Assembly: GCA_013239625.1 (NCBI GenBank)
Contig: MU053304.1
Span: forward strand, 1,240,001-1,304,000
DNA length: 64,000 nt
Origin: Lama guanicoe
Lineage: Eukaryota
Direction of reading: 5' to 3'
Notes under the pieces: model-generated
What the model was told of the DNA's origin: nothing
What the model saw: the letters and a program-made list of their open reading frames with translations, nothing else
Database searches by the model: none
In this document: in pieces, positions 38,657-51,446 of the stretch
Layout: each line of letters opens with the position of its first letter
Position numbering within the stretch: the stretch's first letter is position 1
Translations under genes and position numbers: made by a program

Positions 38657-40950
38657 GTAATCAATTCTCTCTTTTCCCTTCTGGGGTCTAGGTCATTCAT
38701 TTCATTCATTCATTCACTAAGTCACTCATTTAGCAGCTATTCATGAGATGCTCCCCCATCCTAGGCCCCGTGCTAAGCAGTGTGATGTAAGTAACTGTGA
38801 GCGGTGACATTCTTCAGAGGCAACCAGGCTGTCTTTAATTTCCACAGAAAACTTTATCAAAGGCAAAAAATTTAACTCTCCAAATAAAGAATGAAGAAGT
38901 CACAATAGCCCATCAGCCCAGAAGGAGGGCCAGCATGTGGAAAGGTGTGGGCGTGAGGAAGGGATTCAAGCAAAGCTGAGCTGATTCTGCATATGATGGT
39001 TAGAGGCAGACTGTGCAGTTTCTGACATCCTAAACTGAGGAACTGGAGTATAATTTTTATAGTAACAGGGAAGTAACACCAGTTTCTTAAGCAAGGGGAA
39101 AAAAAATCAAAAGAAGCTAATATAAAGTATGGAGTTTTTTTTTTCAGTCATTTTATATTGGTTACTTAAGAAAAAATTGAAGTATAGTTGATTTACAATG
39201 TGTTAGTTCCTGGTGTACAGCATTTTGATTCAGTTGTACACACACATATGTTTATTTTCATATTCTTTATCATTAAAGGTTATTACAAGATACTGAAAAT
39301 AGTTCTCTGTGCTGAACAGTAAGACCTTGTTGTTTTTCTGTTTTATGTATAGTAGTTAGTATCTGCAGATCCCAAACAAGTATGGAGTGTATTGATTTGT
39401 GAAAATAGTAAATTGATTAAAATTAGAAGAATCTAATTTCTATATTGATACGTGAGTTAGAGACAGGAATAGAGTAAATCAAAAATCAAACATCTGGGCA
39501 CACATTTTAAGTCACCAATTTTTAAAAGATTTATTGATATATAATTCACATACATTGTCAATATATTTGTACCAGGATGTCCCCAGGTCATAGGAGCAGA
39601 GGGAATAGCAGTGACCTTTACTGTCCACATCCCAGGGGCTCTGGTCCTCTTCACCGATTGCAGGAACTCCCCCTCCCTGGGCCCAGGGTCCACAGCACAA
39701 GTGTTAGTTTCCGGGGCTCCTGGTTCTGGTGCTCCTGTGACTCCCACCTACATTTGCTGTCACCCACCTGCCCCTGGGAGAGGTCTCTGCCACCACCCCC
39801 GGGACCCCGCTGTCCATGGGAGCTGTGGGTCAGTGACTAAAGCCAAGAGGCTGGGGACTGTGGTCCATGGCATGGCATCACTCCACTTGCTCAGTCCCCA
39901 CCTTCATCCCATTCACAGAAGCCCCCAACCCCTTGCTGGAACACCTGCACACAGGCTTCCTTCTCTGAGCTTTGGGCCCTTTGTTCTCTTCATCTCTTCC
40001 ACCTGATTTTTCTGGGATTTGAAGCTGTGTCTTGGGGAAGACAAAGCCCCTGCGGTCCAACAGTCCTGTCCATTCTTGCTCCTGGCAGGCATTGTCCTAG
40101 GAGATGCTTCTGCCATCAGTCCTGGGACAGCCTGGGCTCCGTTGCCTCCCATGGTGTCTCTTCTCTCAACTTTTGGCAGGGACTCAGCCCTTAGGCTTCC
40201 TGGTTTATTTTCTTCCTCTTACATTTGCTAGGTCATCTATAAGCAGGCGCCCTGGGCTGGTCTTCTGACCTTTCCTTGTTGGCAGCCTCCAGGTTTCCTG
40301 GTATGGGGGTCATGGGGACGTCCTGTAGTGCTGTAATCCCACTCCCTGCCTGCAGCTTCAGAATGTTCTTCCTGTGCTGATGGGGTCTGGGTCACCCGTG
40401 GGAGGTGTCTAGCTCCTTCCCTGCCTTCTGGTTGTCTCTTTTGAAAGTGCTCATCCTCCCTGACCCAGTTCAGCCCAACTTTCCTCTCATCTAGTCCCAT
40501 CTTTAAAGTTCTTGGGCTTTCTCTCTTACACTCATGGATCTCTTTAGGATCCTAGCCCTTCTGCAGAGAAAATCCCTGTTTCTTCCCTAAGGTTTGTACA
40601 GTTCACAGAGACATTCCATTATAGAATTTATACTGAGATAAGCTTTCACTCCTCTCTGATCATCTTGTTGAGTAATGAATTACTGTTTATGACCTTTCCT
40701 CTGCTCCACCATCCTTAAAAATCAGGAGGCTCATCACCTCTTTTTCAGTGGGTTTTTTTCTCTTTGCTGTCCCAGGGAAAGGCACAAGCAATACCAAGTC
40801 AGGAGCCACTGAGATTTGGAGTGATCCAGGGGCCAGAAGTCCCCCACTGCAGGACATGGGTTTGTGGGTGGTCCAGATGTGTAATTATGAAGTAATGTCC
40901 CTGAGCACTTACTTGCTTACAGACTCTAATGAATTTTTCCCTCTGTTCAG

Positions 40951-41019
40951 TGATCCAAGACACATATTTTTCACAGGAAAGTGATAGAGAGACATTGAAA
41001 TTGCCCAGCTCTGAACAAG
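40951..41019 (+). CDS. Post-HSR exon: VIQDTYFSQESDRETLKLPSSEQ
   Basis: ttcAG / GTAATT, 69 nt, phase 1-1; resembles SP100 VIHDKLPLQESEEEE...SLEQ. Confidence 0.82.
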
Positions 41020-42435
41020 GTAATTATGATGAGATACAAACTTATTTTTTTGGTTACTAAGAGAAAAAGGAGACAAAGGAACTGAGCTCTAGAAGGGAAA
41101 CCATGATTCTGGAAGAAGAAAATCTGAAGATCAAGGGCCAGGTAGTTAAGTGTCACTTTGTATCAATTCCAAAATGACCCAATTCCATGTAGAACCCAAC
41201 ATGTTAGCAAGAGGTGGCAATGAGAGACTTTCTGCCCAATAACCTAGAAAGTGGAATAAGAATGTAAATGTGAATTATAAGTTTCCATAGGAGACCTTCA
41301 GCATAAAGGTGTGAAGGGCTAAGGACTATGGGCCCAAGGTCAACATCAAGAGAGACCATTGATGATGGCAAAAGAAGGGACTGATTTAAATGTGAGGGAT
41401 GTTGTTGAAGAGTGGATTATTTAAGGAGAAAGGAAATCACAGAGAAGAGAGGAAGTGGAGGAGACATGGAGAAGAGGATGTGGGTATTTGAGAAGGAGAG
41501 GAAGAAGGAGGGCAAATGAGGGACAGGGAGAAAGAGACAAAGGACATAATAAAAAACAACCACATTATCTACAGCTCCCTTGAATGAACATTTATTCTGG
41601 CAGCTGTGGATTTAGGCTCATGGCTGCCATTGGAGGGTATTATCACTTATATGCCCATTTTGCAGATAAGAAAACTGAGCTCTAGAGAGATCATGTAATT
41701 AGTTGGCCTGGGGTCAAATGGATCCAGGCATTCTGAACGCACTGCCTGCATTCTTTCTTTTAAATGGAAGTAAAATTCACATAACATAAAGATAACTATT
41801 TTAAGTGTACAATTTAGTCACATTTAGCACATTCACAGTGTTATGCAACTATCACCTCTATCTGGTTCCAAAACATCTTGATCTCCTGAAAAGGAAACCT
41901 TATATCTATTAAGCTGTCACTTCCCATTCCCTTCTTTCCACTGTCAGGAGACACTGATATGACTATTTTTAGTGCATCTTCTAGTTTCTGTGGGTTGAGT
42001 GGAGAAAATCTCAGACAAAGAGAATGTGATTGGAGCCTGACATATAGGTGGGGACATGTAGAGGAAGAGATCTGGGAAGGGAAATAGAGATACAAGGACT
42101 GAGTTGGAGAGCATCGCTGGAGGGAAGAAAGAGACAGAAACATGAAGCGACTGGAGAAGCCAGTGGAGACCCAGATGCAGGTATGTCTTCCTAGGATAGA
42201 AGCACCAATACCTAGAGATTGGATCCTGGTAAAAAATTGAGAAGCAGAGCGGAAGAGAATGAGGTCTAACAAGATGGAAAGAGGCAGAGCAGAGCTTGAT
42301 TGGTTTTCCTTGGGGTTCTGGGAGCAGGTGTGTTTCTTCACAAGGAAGTTTTCATCCTCAGAGCTCACTATGACCACACCTTAGTCTATTTCCTGGCCCT
42401 TGACTCTGGTCTCTCCTTTCTTTTTTTCTTTTCAG

Positions 42436-42515
42436 TGCCCACTGAACCCAAAGCTCTTGGAATGAAAAAGAGAGATCAGGAGAGTTTCACAGCCTTTCGC
42501 TAAATGGTAGACAAG
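42436..42515 (+). CDS. 80-nt exon giving VPTEPKALGMKKRDQESFTAFR* (TAA 42501-42503); probable last coding exon of a ~152-aa HSR-only protein
   Basis: Strong polypyrimidine acceptor ttttcAG; donor CAAG|gtaattatgat identical to that of the previous exon; length not a multiple of 3. Confidence 0.65.
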
Positions 42516-43374
42516 GTAATTATGATTAAATCCCATATTTTAAACTACCGGTTACCTGATTAGGTTACTAGGTGGAGGGAGGAAAGTCTGTACATGGGAA
42601 CCCAGCCTCTGACTGCTTTTTACGGCTTGAGGGAGGCAAGGAGGGTGAGGCCTTGGGTATAGATTTTAAAGAGACATTCACTGCATGAACCTGAGAGTAA
42701 GTGTCTCTTCAATTTGATGACTTAGGCCTCTTGCTTGCCTCATCCTAGCCCTGCCTTGGAGGCAAGGATGAACTCAATGGAGGAAGATGCCCTGAGTGGA
42801 GAACATAAGAACAAGTTTAGAAAAAACCCCAATAATGAGTTGTAAGAGCGGGCCCAGCTTTACCTAAATAGATGAGATCCAGACTTCTCCAGGGTGGTGG
42901 AGGCTTGGCAGGGAGATAATTTTTATCCTACTTGCCAAAAATTGACACAGGAATAGGCAAATAATGTGTGTGACTGTCAGATTGGCAAGTGAGAGAGATC
43001 AGTGTAGAAGACCTTTAGAAGGGAGGAGGTAGGGGCAGGAGGCTCTAGAGATACGGTCAAAGCCACAAGAAGAGATCTTTAGTAATGGAGGGGTGCAACC
43101 TTTGAGATAAGGGTGACAGCAATTGGAAGAGAAGAGGCAGACAGAGGGTAGAAATACCAAGCAAGAAAAAGTGGAGGTGAGACACAGAAACCATGAAGAC
43201 AAAGATTATGGTTTTATTGCCTTGTAGACATCACCCAGTTTGGCCTCTAATTTAGGGAACTTGTTTCAGTCAGCATGCCTTTTCTGGCTAACTTTGTAAG
43301 CCTATGTTCCTTGAATTCTGAGTTGGTGGTTCACATGCACTGCAATTAATAAGGAAATTTATTCATTTATTCTG

Positions 43375-43458
43375 AGAATATCAGTGACAACAATTTGAAA
43401 ACAAATGTTGGAAAAGAGAACCAGGGAGCTTCTAGCTCACCACCAAAAACTGGGTCAA
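43375..43458 (+). pseudogene. Decayed SP100-like linker exon (NISDNNLKTNVGKENQGASSSPPKTGS)
   Basis: Open 84-nt frame resembling SP100/SP140 'E.QEASSS...GS' repeat exons; acceptor reads TG, donor reads GCAAGG. Confidence 0.55.
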
Positions 43459-45035
43459 GCAAGGCAAACAAGTCTTGGGTTTTAGGATTCCAGGAGTCTG
43501 AATTCAGAACTACTTTTTCCTTTTTCATTCTGAGTACCAAACACATGAAAATGAATTAGTGATACTAAAATTCCGTTCTCTGCATTTCCTTTACTACATG
43601 AACAGAGACATAAAATCATTATAAATTCATATTTAACAGTATGAGCACTATTGATTGAAAAGAAGTGCTCCTATTTTGATGTGGTAGAAATATGCTCATA
43701 AAATGAGATCTCTTTAGTTACCTGTTGTCATGCCTAATAACTTCAGTCTTGAATTCATACAGTAATTTTCACCCATTCTTATCCACTTCCTTATCTTTTA
43801 TGGAGCACAGAAGGCTAAGTAGTCCTTTCTTGGGTAAATAATATTGTTATCATTTGGTCAAAAACCTGAGAAAGCTCAGAAATCCTGCTGTCTCATAACG
43901 TTCAAATAGAAAGGATTCAAATCAACTAGTGGCAAAATCAGCTTTTAGGTTTTGATGGATGTCCTCCAGAGAGTTGTCCTTTTTCAATCAGTTTAAGTTT
44001 ACCAGGGGTGAACAAGCTTGTGGTCCAGCAGTGAGATTTATTGGCTGGTTACAAGACAGTGGGACACACACAAGAAGACTGACCTATGGGACACTTTGCC
44101 AAACCAAGATATAGATACAGTTGTTGTAGGTTTTGGGAGAGTTTAATGAAACTTAAAACTTACTTAAACTCTTTGGGAGTTTAAATAAAATTTACAGGAA
44201 GCAGTGGTCTGATAGGTTCAAAGTAAGCCAGAACTCTGTGTAAAGAGGTCAGGATCAGGTCTGGATTGTGAAATGGACTCAGGGTTCTGTTACGAGGAAA
44301 CTACAAAATTAAGGAAATGTTCACTATTGTATTCAGAAATCCCAATTTGCAGCTGGATTGGAAATCAATAACCTATCTCTTTATCAAAATAACTCAAACC
44401 CTCTAACTTTTATTCTTGATGATATCAGTTCAAACAGCAAGTTTTTTGACAGTGTGAGAATTTTGACAACAAAGTTCCTCAGTGAGTAAGAAAGCGGAAG
44501 TCATTCAAAGAAGGATTATTGTGATAATTTAACAGCTGTAGCAAGTTCTTAGGAGAAGTACTGTTTCCTATTATTTTTTGCAATTGGTTTTCACTGTATC
44601 TGTTATTCCACTCTCATGAATGGCAGGGTAGAGTTTTGCTTTCTTAGACTAAGCTAATTTCTACTTTCTCAATAACATTAAGTATGTGGTGATTTATCAA
44701 AGGAGTCTGCCAAAAAAAAAAAAGTCTTATTTTAACTTTACAGCAGTCATGAGATGTCTTATTTTATATGTGAGGAAGCCAAAGCCCATAAATGTTTAAG
44801 GTTCTCCCCACTTCTTGGCTCATCATGCCAAGGAAGAGCTAGAATTATCATCCTTGATTTCTAGAACTCAGTCCCATAGCTGTCTGTTTTCTTTAGAAAG
44901 AGGGGAGGGAGAGAGAGAGAGAGAGAGAGAAGTGATAACCAACACATTTTAATCCTGACTGTGAATTGTGTGAAATGTCAAGATTTACCATTTTTCAGTG
45001 TACAGATTATTGTTTTTTGTCTCCTTGCTTTATAG

Positions 45036-45089
45036 ATCCCGTGGATATTGGAAACTCTTCTACTTGGGACAGACATACTAGGAATAAAG
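45036..45089 (+). pseudogene. Decayed exon (DPVDIGNSSTWDRHTRNK)
   Basis: Acceptor ttatAG intact; resembles SP140 DTVDIANNSTLGK; donor reads ATATGT instead of GTATGT. Confidence 0.65.
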
Positions 45090-45789
45090 ATATGTGCAAA
45101 TCTAGAATTCTTGGTATACAAATGAATCTTTAAAAAAATCTATGCAACATTAAATCCAATTGTTTACTACATCATTCAAAATAAAATAATAAATTTTAAA
45201 GAGTCCAGATTAATCATTTTTATTAGTTAAGGTAGGTTATCTGTTATATGAAATAGAACCTAAACATTTGTAATTGCTAAAAGAAGTTATTTCTTGCTTG
45301 CAGGAACAATCCACAGTGTTCCAGACCATGAGTGGGAGAAGGAGTATTGAGAAGAGGATAGGGTGCTCTGCCCCATGTAGTCATTCAGAGACCAAGTGTA
45401 CTAGAGACTATGCCATCTTCAACACTTGTCTTCCAAAATTACCCCGGGTGAGAGACAGAGTAAAAGCCAGAAGAGATGTATAGAGACAGGTAGGAAGAGT
45501 AAGAAGTGGAATGACAGTGAAGGGTCAGCAAAGTTGAAAGTGAGACAAAGCAGAACTCCCCACTGTGGGTAAAATTTTCTGTCTCTGGAGATAGTGCTGA
45601 AGCAACAGTAACCTCTGTAGGTGAGGTGCACGTGAGAGTCATACCAGGGTACTTTCAGGCAGGCATAGTCCTACCTGAGTTGCTGGATCTTCCCTGGTCA
45701 TCCCTCACCTTCTTGTTATGTGATTTTCTTTTGTGTTGGCTCCTTGGGCACACATTAAGTCCTCTAAGTGATTTCATTTCTCTGTGCAG

Positions 45790-45864
45790 AGGTTAATAGA
45801 GATGACACTCTGGAAGTCAGACAAGCCCCAGAAGCCTCTAGCTTTGCACTGAGAAGTGGTCCAG
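45790..45864 (+). pseudogene. SP100-like linker exon (EVNRDDTLEVRQAPEASSFALRSGP); splice sites intact but downstream of the stop
   Basis: tgcAG / GTAAGG, 75 nt; resembles SP100 EEAPAEASSGALRS. Confidence 0.65.
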
Positions 45865-45924
45865 GTAAGGAAGATGCAAAATGTCCATCAATACAAGCTT
45901 GAAATCAGAGCTCCTGTCTCCTGA

Positions 45925-48420
45925 TTAATTGAAAGTTTTCCTCTAAGATCAGGAACAAGACAAGGGTACTCACTCTCACCACTTCTATTCGACATAGTCC
46001 TGGAATTCCTAATTAGAGCAATCAGACAAGAAAAAGAGATAAAAAAGCACTCAAATTGGAAAGGGAGAAGGAGAATTGTATCTGTTTGCAAATGACATGG
46101 TCTTATATACAAAAATCCTCAAGAGTCTACAAAAAAAAAAACCTATTAGAACTAATAAACAAATTCAGTAAAGTGGCAAGATACAAAATCAACATACAAA
46201 AATCAGTTCCGTTTCTATACACTAACAATGAAATATATGAAAAAGAAATAAAGAGAACAATCCCATTCACAATATCATCAAAAACAATAAAATGCTTAGG
46301 AATAAATTTAACCAAGGAGGTGAAAGAGCTGTGCACTGAAAACTACAAGACTTTGATGAAAGAAATTGAAGAAGACACAAACAAATGGAAAGATATCCTG
46401 AGTTCATGGATTGGGAGAATTAATATTGTTAAAATGTCCATACTACCCAAAGCCATCTATAGGTTCAGTGCAATCCTTATCAAAATTCCAATGACATTTT
46501 CCACACAAATAGAAAAAAAAATTATAAAATTTGTATATATAAAAGATCCTGGCTAGACAGAGAAATCCTGAGAAAGAACAAAGCTAGAAGCATCACACTT
46601 CCTGGTTTAAAACTATATTATAAAGCTATAGTATTCAAAACAGTGTGGTACTAAACATATAAATAGACACAGAGACTGATGGAACAGAACTGAGAGCCAG
46701 AAATAAGCCCTCACATATGCAGTCAACTAATATTTGACAAGAGAGCCAAGAATACTCAGTGGGGAAGAGTTTCTTTAATAAATGGTGTTGAGAACACTGG
46801 ATAATCCAAAGCAGAAGGATAAAATTGGACCCCTTATCTTACACCACTCACAAAAACTAACTTGAAATGGGTTAAAGACTTAAATGTCAAGACCTGAAAC
46901 TGTAAAACTTTTAGAAGAAAACATAGGGGGAAAACTCAAAACTCTTTAACATTGGTCTTGGCAATGAGTTTTTGGATATGACACCTAAAACACAAGCAAC
47001 AAAAACAAAAATAACAAGTAGGCTATCTCATTAAAATGGCCATACTGCCCAAAGCAATCTACAGATTTAATGTGATCCCTATCAAATCACCCAGGACCCT
47101 CTTCACAGAACTAGAATAAAAAATCATAAAAGCTATATGGAATTATAAAAGACCCACAATAGTCAAAGTAATACTAAAGAAAAAGAACAAAGCTGGAGGA
47201 ATAACCATCCCAGACTTCAGACAATACTACAAAGCTACAGTAAACAAAACAGGGTGGTACTGGCACAAAAACAGACACATAGATCAATGGAACAGAATAG
47301 AGAGCCTACAAATAAACCCACAGACCTACAGTCAATTAATCTTTGGCAAAGGAGGCAAAAATATACAATGGAGAAAAGACAGTCTTTTCAGCAAGTGGTG
47401 CTGGGAAAACTGGACAGACCCATGCAGAACACTTCCTCACACATACACAAAAATAAACTCAAAATGGCTTAAGGACTTAAACATAAGACACTATAAACCT
47501 CCTAGAAGAAAACATAGACAAAACATTCTCTGACATACAAATAGCCAACAGGCACATGAAAGAAGCTCAACATCGCTAGTTATTAGAGAAATGCAAATCA
47601 AAGCCACAATGAGGTATCACCTTGCATTGGTCAGAATGGCCATCATCAAAAAGTCTACAAATAAATGCTGGAGAGGGCATGGAGAAAAGTTAACCCTCCT
47701 ATACGGTTGGTGAAAATGAAAATTAGTGCAGCCACTATGGAAAACATTATGGAGTTTCCTTAAAAATATTAAAAAATAAGCTACCCTTTTATCCAGCAAT
47801 CCCACTTCTGGGTATATATTCAGAAAAAATAAAAACTCTGATTCAAAAAGATACATGCACCCTAAGGTTTATAACAAAACTATTCACAATAGCCAATTCA
47901 AGTGCCCATCAACAGATGATTGGCTTAAGAAGATGTGGCATACATATGTAATGAGATACTACTTAGCCATCAAAGAGAATGAAATATGCCATTTGCAGCA
48001 ACATGGATGGACCTAGAGAATATTATGCTTATTGAAATAAATCAGACAGAAAAAGACAAACACTAAATGATATCACTTACATGTGGAATCTAAAAAATAA
48101 TGCAGATGAATCTAAATACAAAACAGAAACAGACTCACAGACATAGAAAACAAACTTATGGTTACCAAAGGGGAGAGGGAAGGGAGGAGGGATAAATTAG
48201 GAGTATGGGGTCAACAGATACAAAATAACTACACATAAAACAGGCAAGCAACAAGGATTTACTGTGTAGCACAGGGAATTATACTAATATGTTGTAATAA
48301 CCTATAATCTAATCTAATCTATTCTAATCTAATCTAATCTAATCTAATCTAATCTAATCACTTTGCTGGACACCTGAAACTAACACAACATTGTAAATCA
48401 ACTGTATTTCAATTTTTAAA
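45925..48420 (+). mobile_element. Composite L1 (two ORF2 segments with a repeated region at about 47030, plus 3'UTR containing (CTAAT)n at about 48305-48359)
   Basis: ORF2 peptide [22 protein letters not shown]...[20 protein letters not shown]; 3' end 'acacaacattgtaaatcaactgtatttcaatttttaaaaaag'. Confidence 0.92.
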
Positions 48421-49357
48421 AAAGATTCAGATTGCTTATCACTTCCATAGACAGCAAAGCAAAAAGAGCGAAGGTGATAGCTCCCCATGTCCCAGTGGGT
48501 AGCACCAATGCCAAGGGGGATGTGGATGACATATGATGAAGCAAGAGTGACGGTACACATTCGTGTTACCTCATGCCTCTTCAGAGCTTGGAATATGAGG
48601 AAAGCATGTCATGACAGAAGGCAGTGGGTGGGAAATAGCCTTGTAGCAGCTCCTCACAAGCCTCCCAGGCTTTCATGTTCTGGAGGATGATAGGGCGTTC
48701 TCAAGACTTAGATTAGATCAGCTGCTGGTAGGTCTTGCCTATGTGGACATGCAAGTTCCCCAGGATGCCATGGCAGAGCCATTCCCCAACAGGACCAAGG
48801 ACTGTCAGAGGTTTGAGTGCCCAGGTGAGGCATGCTTCTATCAGCTGTACCAAGTATGATTCTGCGAATTGAAAATTGGAAATGCTACGCATCCACTACG
48901 GGCTTCCTGATGCCACTGGGGATGAGGCCACAAGCAATGCTATCCAGTATCCAGTAAGGTAACCAGCGACTAAAATATATAAATCACAGTAGCTTTCTAT
49001 AACAGGCAAAACTCAGTAACAAAATATATTGGGAAAAGGTCACATTCACAATAACAAAAAAAAAGTGTTAAATACCTGAGAGTAAAATAAGAAATGATTA
49101 AATCCTGTGGAGAGGAGAAAAGAAAAGAAAACTTAAAAGCCTAATAAAAGATTCAAGTAAAGCACATAACACGATCTTTTATAGAAAGACATGGTATTTT
49201 CTTTTGTAAATTTCACCCTAAATTATTCAATAAGAGTCTCTGACAATTTTAAATTTCATTTAGAAAAATAAGTTAGCAGGAATGTCAACAAAAAACAAGT
49301 TTGAAAAAGAAGTGTGATATGTTATTTGCACAGCAATGGGCCTAATGGTCAGTGGGG

Positions 49358-49531
49358 TCACAGGCATGATCTCTTGTCGCTTCTGGAGTCTCTGAAGGGG
49401 GACCTAGAAAGAGGGTAGGGCTCAAACTGAGTACTGTTTGTGCTTATTTCCTGGATGGCAAAAATGTCTGTGAAATCATTCTCAGATCTGGCCTCTAGAT
49501 GAAGTCCCAGCCTGATGAATTTCTCCTTGTC
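49358..49531 (-). pseudogene. SP100: SP100-like terminal bromodomain exon (DKEKFIRLGLHLEARSENDFTDIFAIQEIS...*), unreachable in frame
   Basis: tttttcAG acceptor; resembles human SP100C EDKFTRLGIQVQDIFEKNFRNIFAIQETS. Confidence 0.8.
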
Positions 49532-50695
49532 CTGAAAAAGCAAAGACAAAAACAATAATAGCTATTGCCAGTGGGCTTAGGTTGCCAACGAGCTTGACTC
49601 CCAATGTTCCAGATAACCTGGAGTTTCATTTTAGACTACCCCAAATGCTAAGCGAAAATTAATCCAGTTGAGAGTAGCTTATGTTCTTTGATTGCTGGAT
49701 CATTTTTCTTCATCTTGAATACAGAGGAGCAAAAATAGTACTATACTGCATTTTAATTCTTCATGAGAAATTTATTGATTAATTTTTTAAAATCTAGTTA
49801 TTTGATTTTTGAACACAGCACATATTCCTTGTAGTACTCTGATTGTGCAGAAATGTCTAAGGCAAATTCATGGTGTTTTCTTTTATCCTTCATTCCCATC
49901 CCTTAAGGTAGTCCTTGTTAACTTTATTATACACCACAAAGAAATTCAAATGTAAAGAAATTCAAGATTTTGAAATATGAGAAATGTGATTTGGTATCTT
50001 TCTTTAGAGATGAGACACACAAGTTGCCTTTAAAATGTGCTTCTAGCAGATGAGAGAACTGGCCCCACTTCTCCACGAGCACCGAGGCCGTAAACCTTCT
50101 GCTTGTAAGAACTCTACCATGCTCTGAATCCGGAGTGCAGTTCTAGAACCACTGGAAATAGGAAGATGCCCAGGTGTGTGTGTGGGTCCTGTCCACACAT
50201 TCCTGAGGGCCTGGATGTCAGAGGGCAGGAGCACGAACTGCACAGGAACATACTCTGTATCTCAACACCCAGTCTCCCCAGAATGGTCCCTGAGTCTGGG
50301 CTGCGTGGGGTCAGGAGCCCAGGCCCAGGGCAGGGACTTTTGAGGTACCCACAGAACTGTCCAGATCCAGTGGAAAAAAAAAAGAAGAAAGAAAGAACAT
50401 CACTTCCATTTCCTGTGGAAGAGACTAGGTCTGCAGTTCACTGTTCTCTGTGGGCAAACCGTCTATCTAGAAGGAGTAAACTCTGAGGTCCTCGGGCAAC
50501 GTTTTCAGTGATACCTCTGGCCTCCTGTTATTATCTGCCCCACCATAGCCCAGAGGGCTTTTAAAATACTGCCAGAATTTTTACTTTGTGGACTTGCCAG
50601 ATGATGAGGGAAACTGCAACTTTTACTTGCTTACAAGAAGGTGAAAGACAAAGCAACTTAATCGAGAGAAAATAGAAGCAGGGAGAACCACTTAC

Positions 50696-50838
50696 ACTGG
50701 AATACTGTCTGTAGTTCTGGAAGACGAGACACATGTCCTGCACAAATCCCTCCACCTGGCAGTAGGTATATCTTCCTCAACTTTTTCTTGAGTTTGTTTA
50801 ACCACATGGGCTTCTTCGGCCCGAGATGCCTCTCTACT
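50696..50838 (-). pseudogene. SP100: SP100-like bromodomain exon with two frameshifts
   Basis: SREASR / PKKPMWLNKLKKKL / TYCQVEGFVQDMCLVFQNYRQYS lie in different frames; 143 nt between intact AG and GTAAGT. Confidence 0.85.
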
Positions 50839-50904
50839 CTGTTGACAAAGTGCCAAAGGGCAGGCTATTAGAGGGTTCCAAGTCTACCTTCTGTAGACTC
50901 CCAC

Positions 50905-51275
50905 TGTTATGGACTGAGCACTTATGTTCCTCAAATTCATATGGTGAAATCGTCACCCCTACTGTGATGGTATCAGGAAGTGGGACCTTTTGGAGATAAT
51001 TAGGTCATGAGGGTGGAGCCCTCATGGATGAGATTAGTGCCCTTGTAAGAGACTTCAGAGAACTCCCTCCCTCCCTTGTGAGGATAAAAAGAAAAGACAG
51101 CTCTCTGCAACCTGGAAGAGAGCCCTCACTAGGACCTGATCCTGCTAGCACCCTGATCTTGGACTTCCAGCCCCTAGAACTGTGAGCAATAAATTCCTGT
51201 TGTTTAAGCCACCCAGACTATTGCAATTTGTTATAGCAGCTGAGCTTTGAAGGGCTGACTGAGCTGACTAAGACA
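50905..51275 (+). mobile_element. MLT1A-like MaLR LTR
   Basis: 'tgttatggactga...aggtcatgagggtggagccctcatggatgagattagtgcccttgtaaga...gactaagaca'. Confidence 0.9.
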
Positions 51276-51372
51276 TTCACCAACAAGACAAAGATAATGG
51301 CAACTTGTACCCTCTGGACTCATAACACAAATTTGACAGATGCCAGTTTTGGGTTTTGTTGCTCTTACTTAT

Positions 51373-51446
51373 ATAATGTGGTTCTGAGGCAAAAAAGGGG
51401 TTTTTTTTGGAGAGCAATATAACTTCAAGAGGAGAAACTCACATTT
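51373..51446 (-). pseudogene. SP100: SP100-like bromodomain exon (KCEFLLLKLYCSPK / FFASEPHY) with a +2 frameshift and lost donor
   Basis: An A8C4 run shifts the frame; the ancestral donor reads ATAAGT; using the next GT (51367-51368) ends the frame in TAA. Confidence 0.85.

Noticed and set aside
46056..46556. 166-aa L1 ORF2-like ORF as an active element
   Set aside because: Truncated, frameshifted fragment with no ORF1 or 5'UTR.
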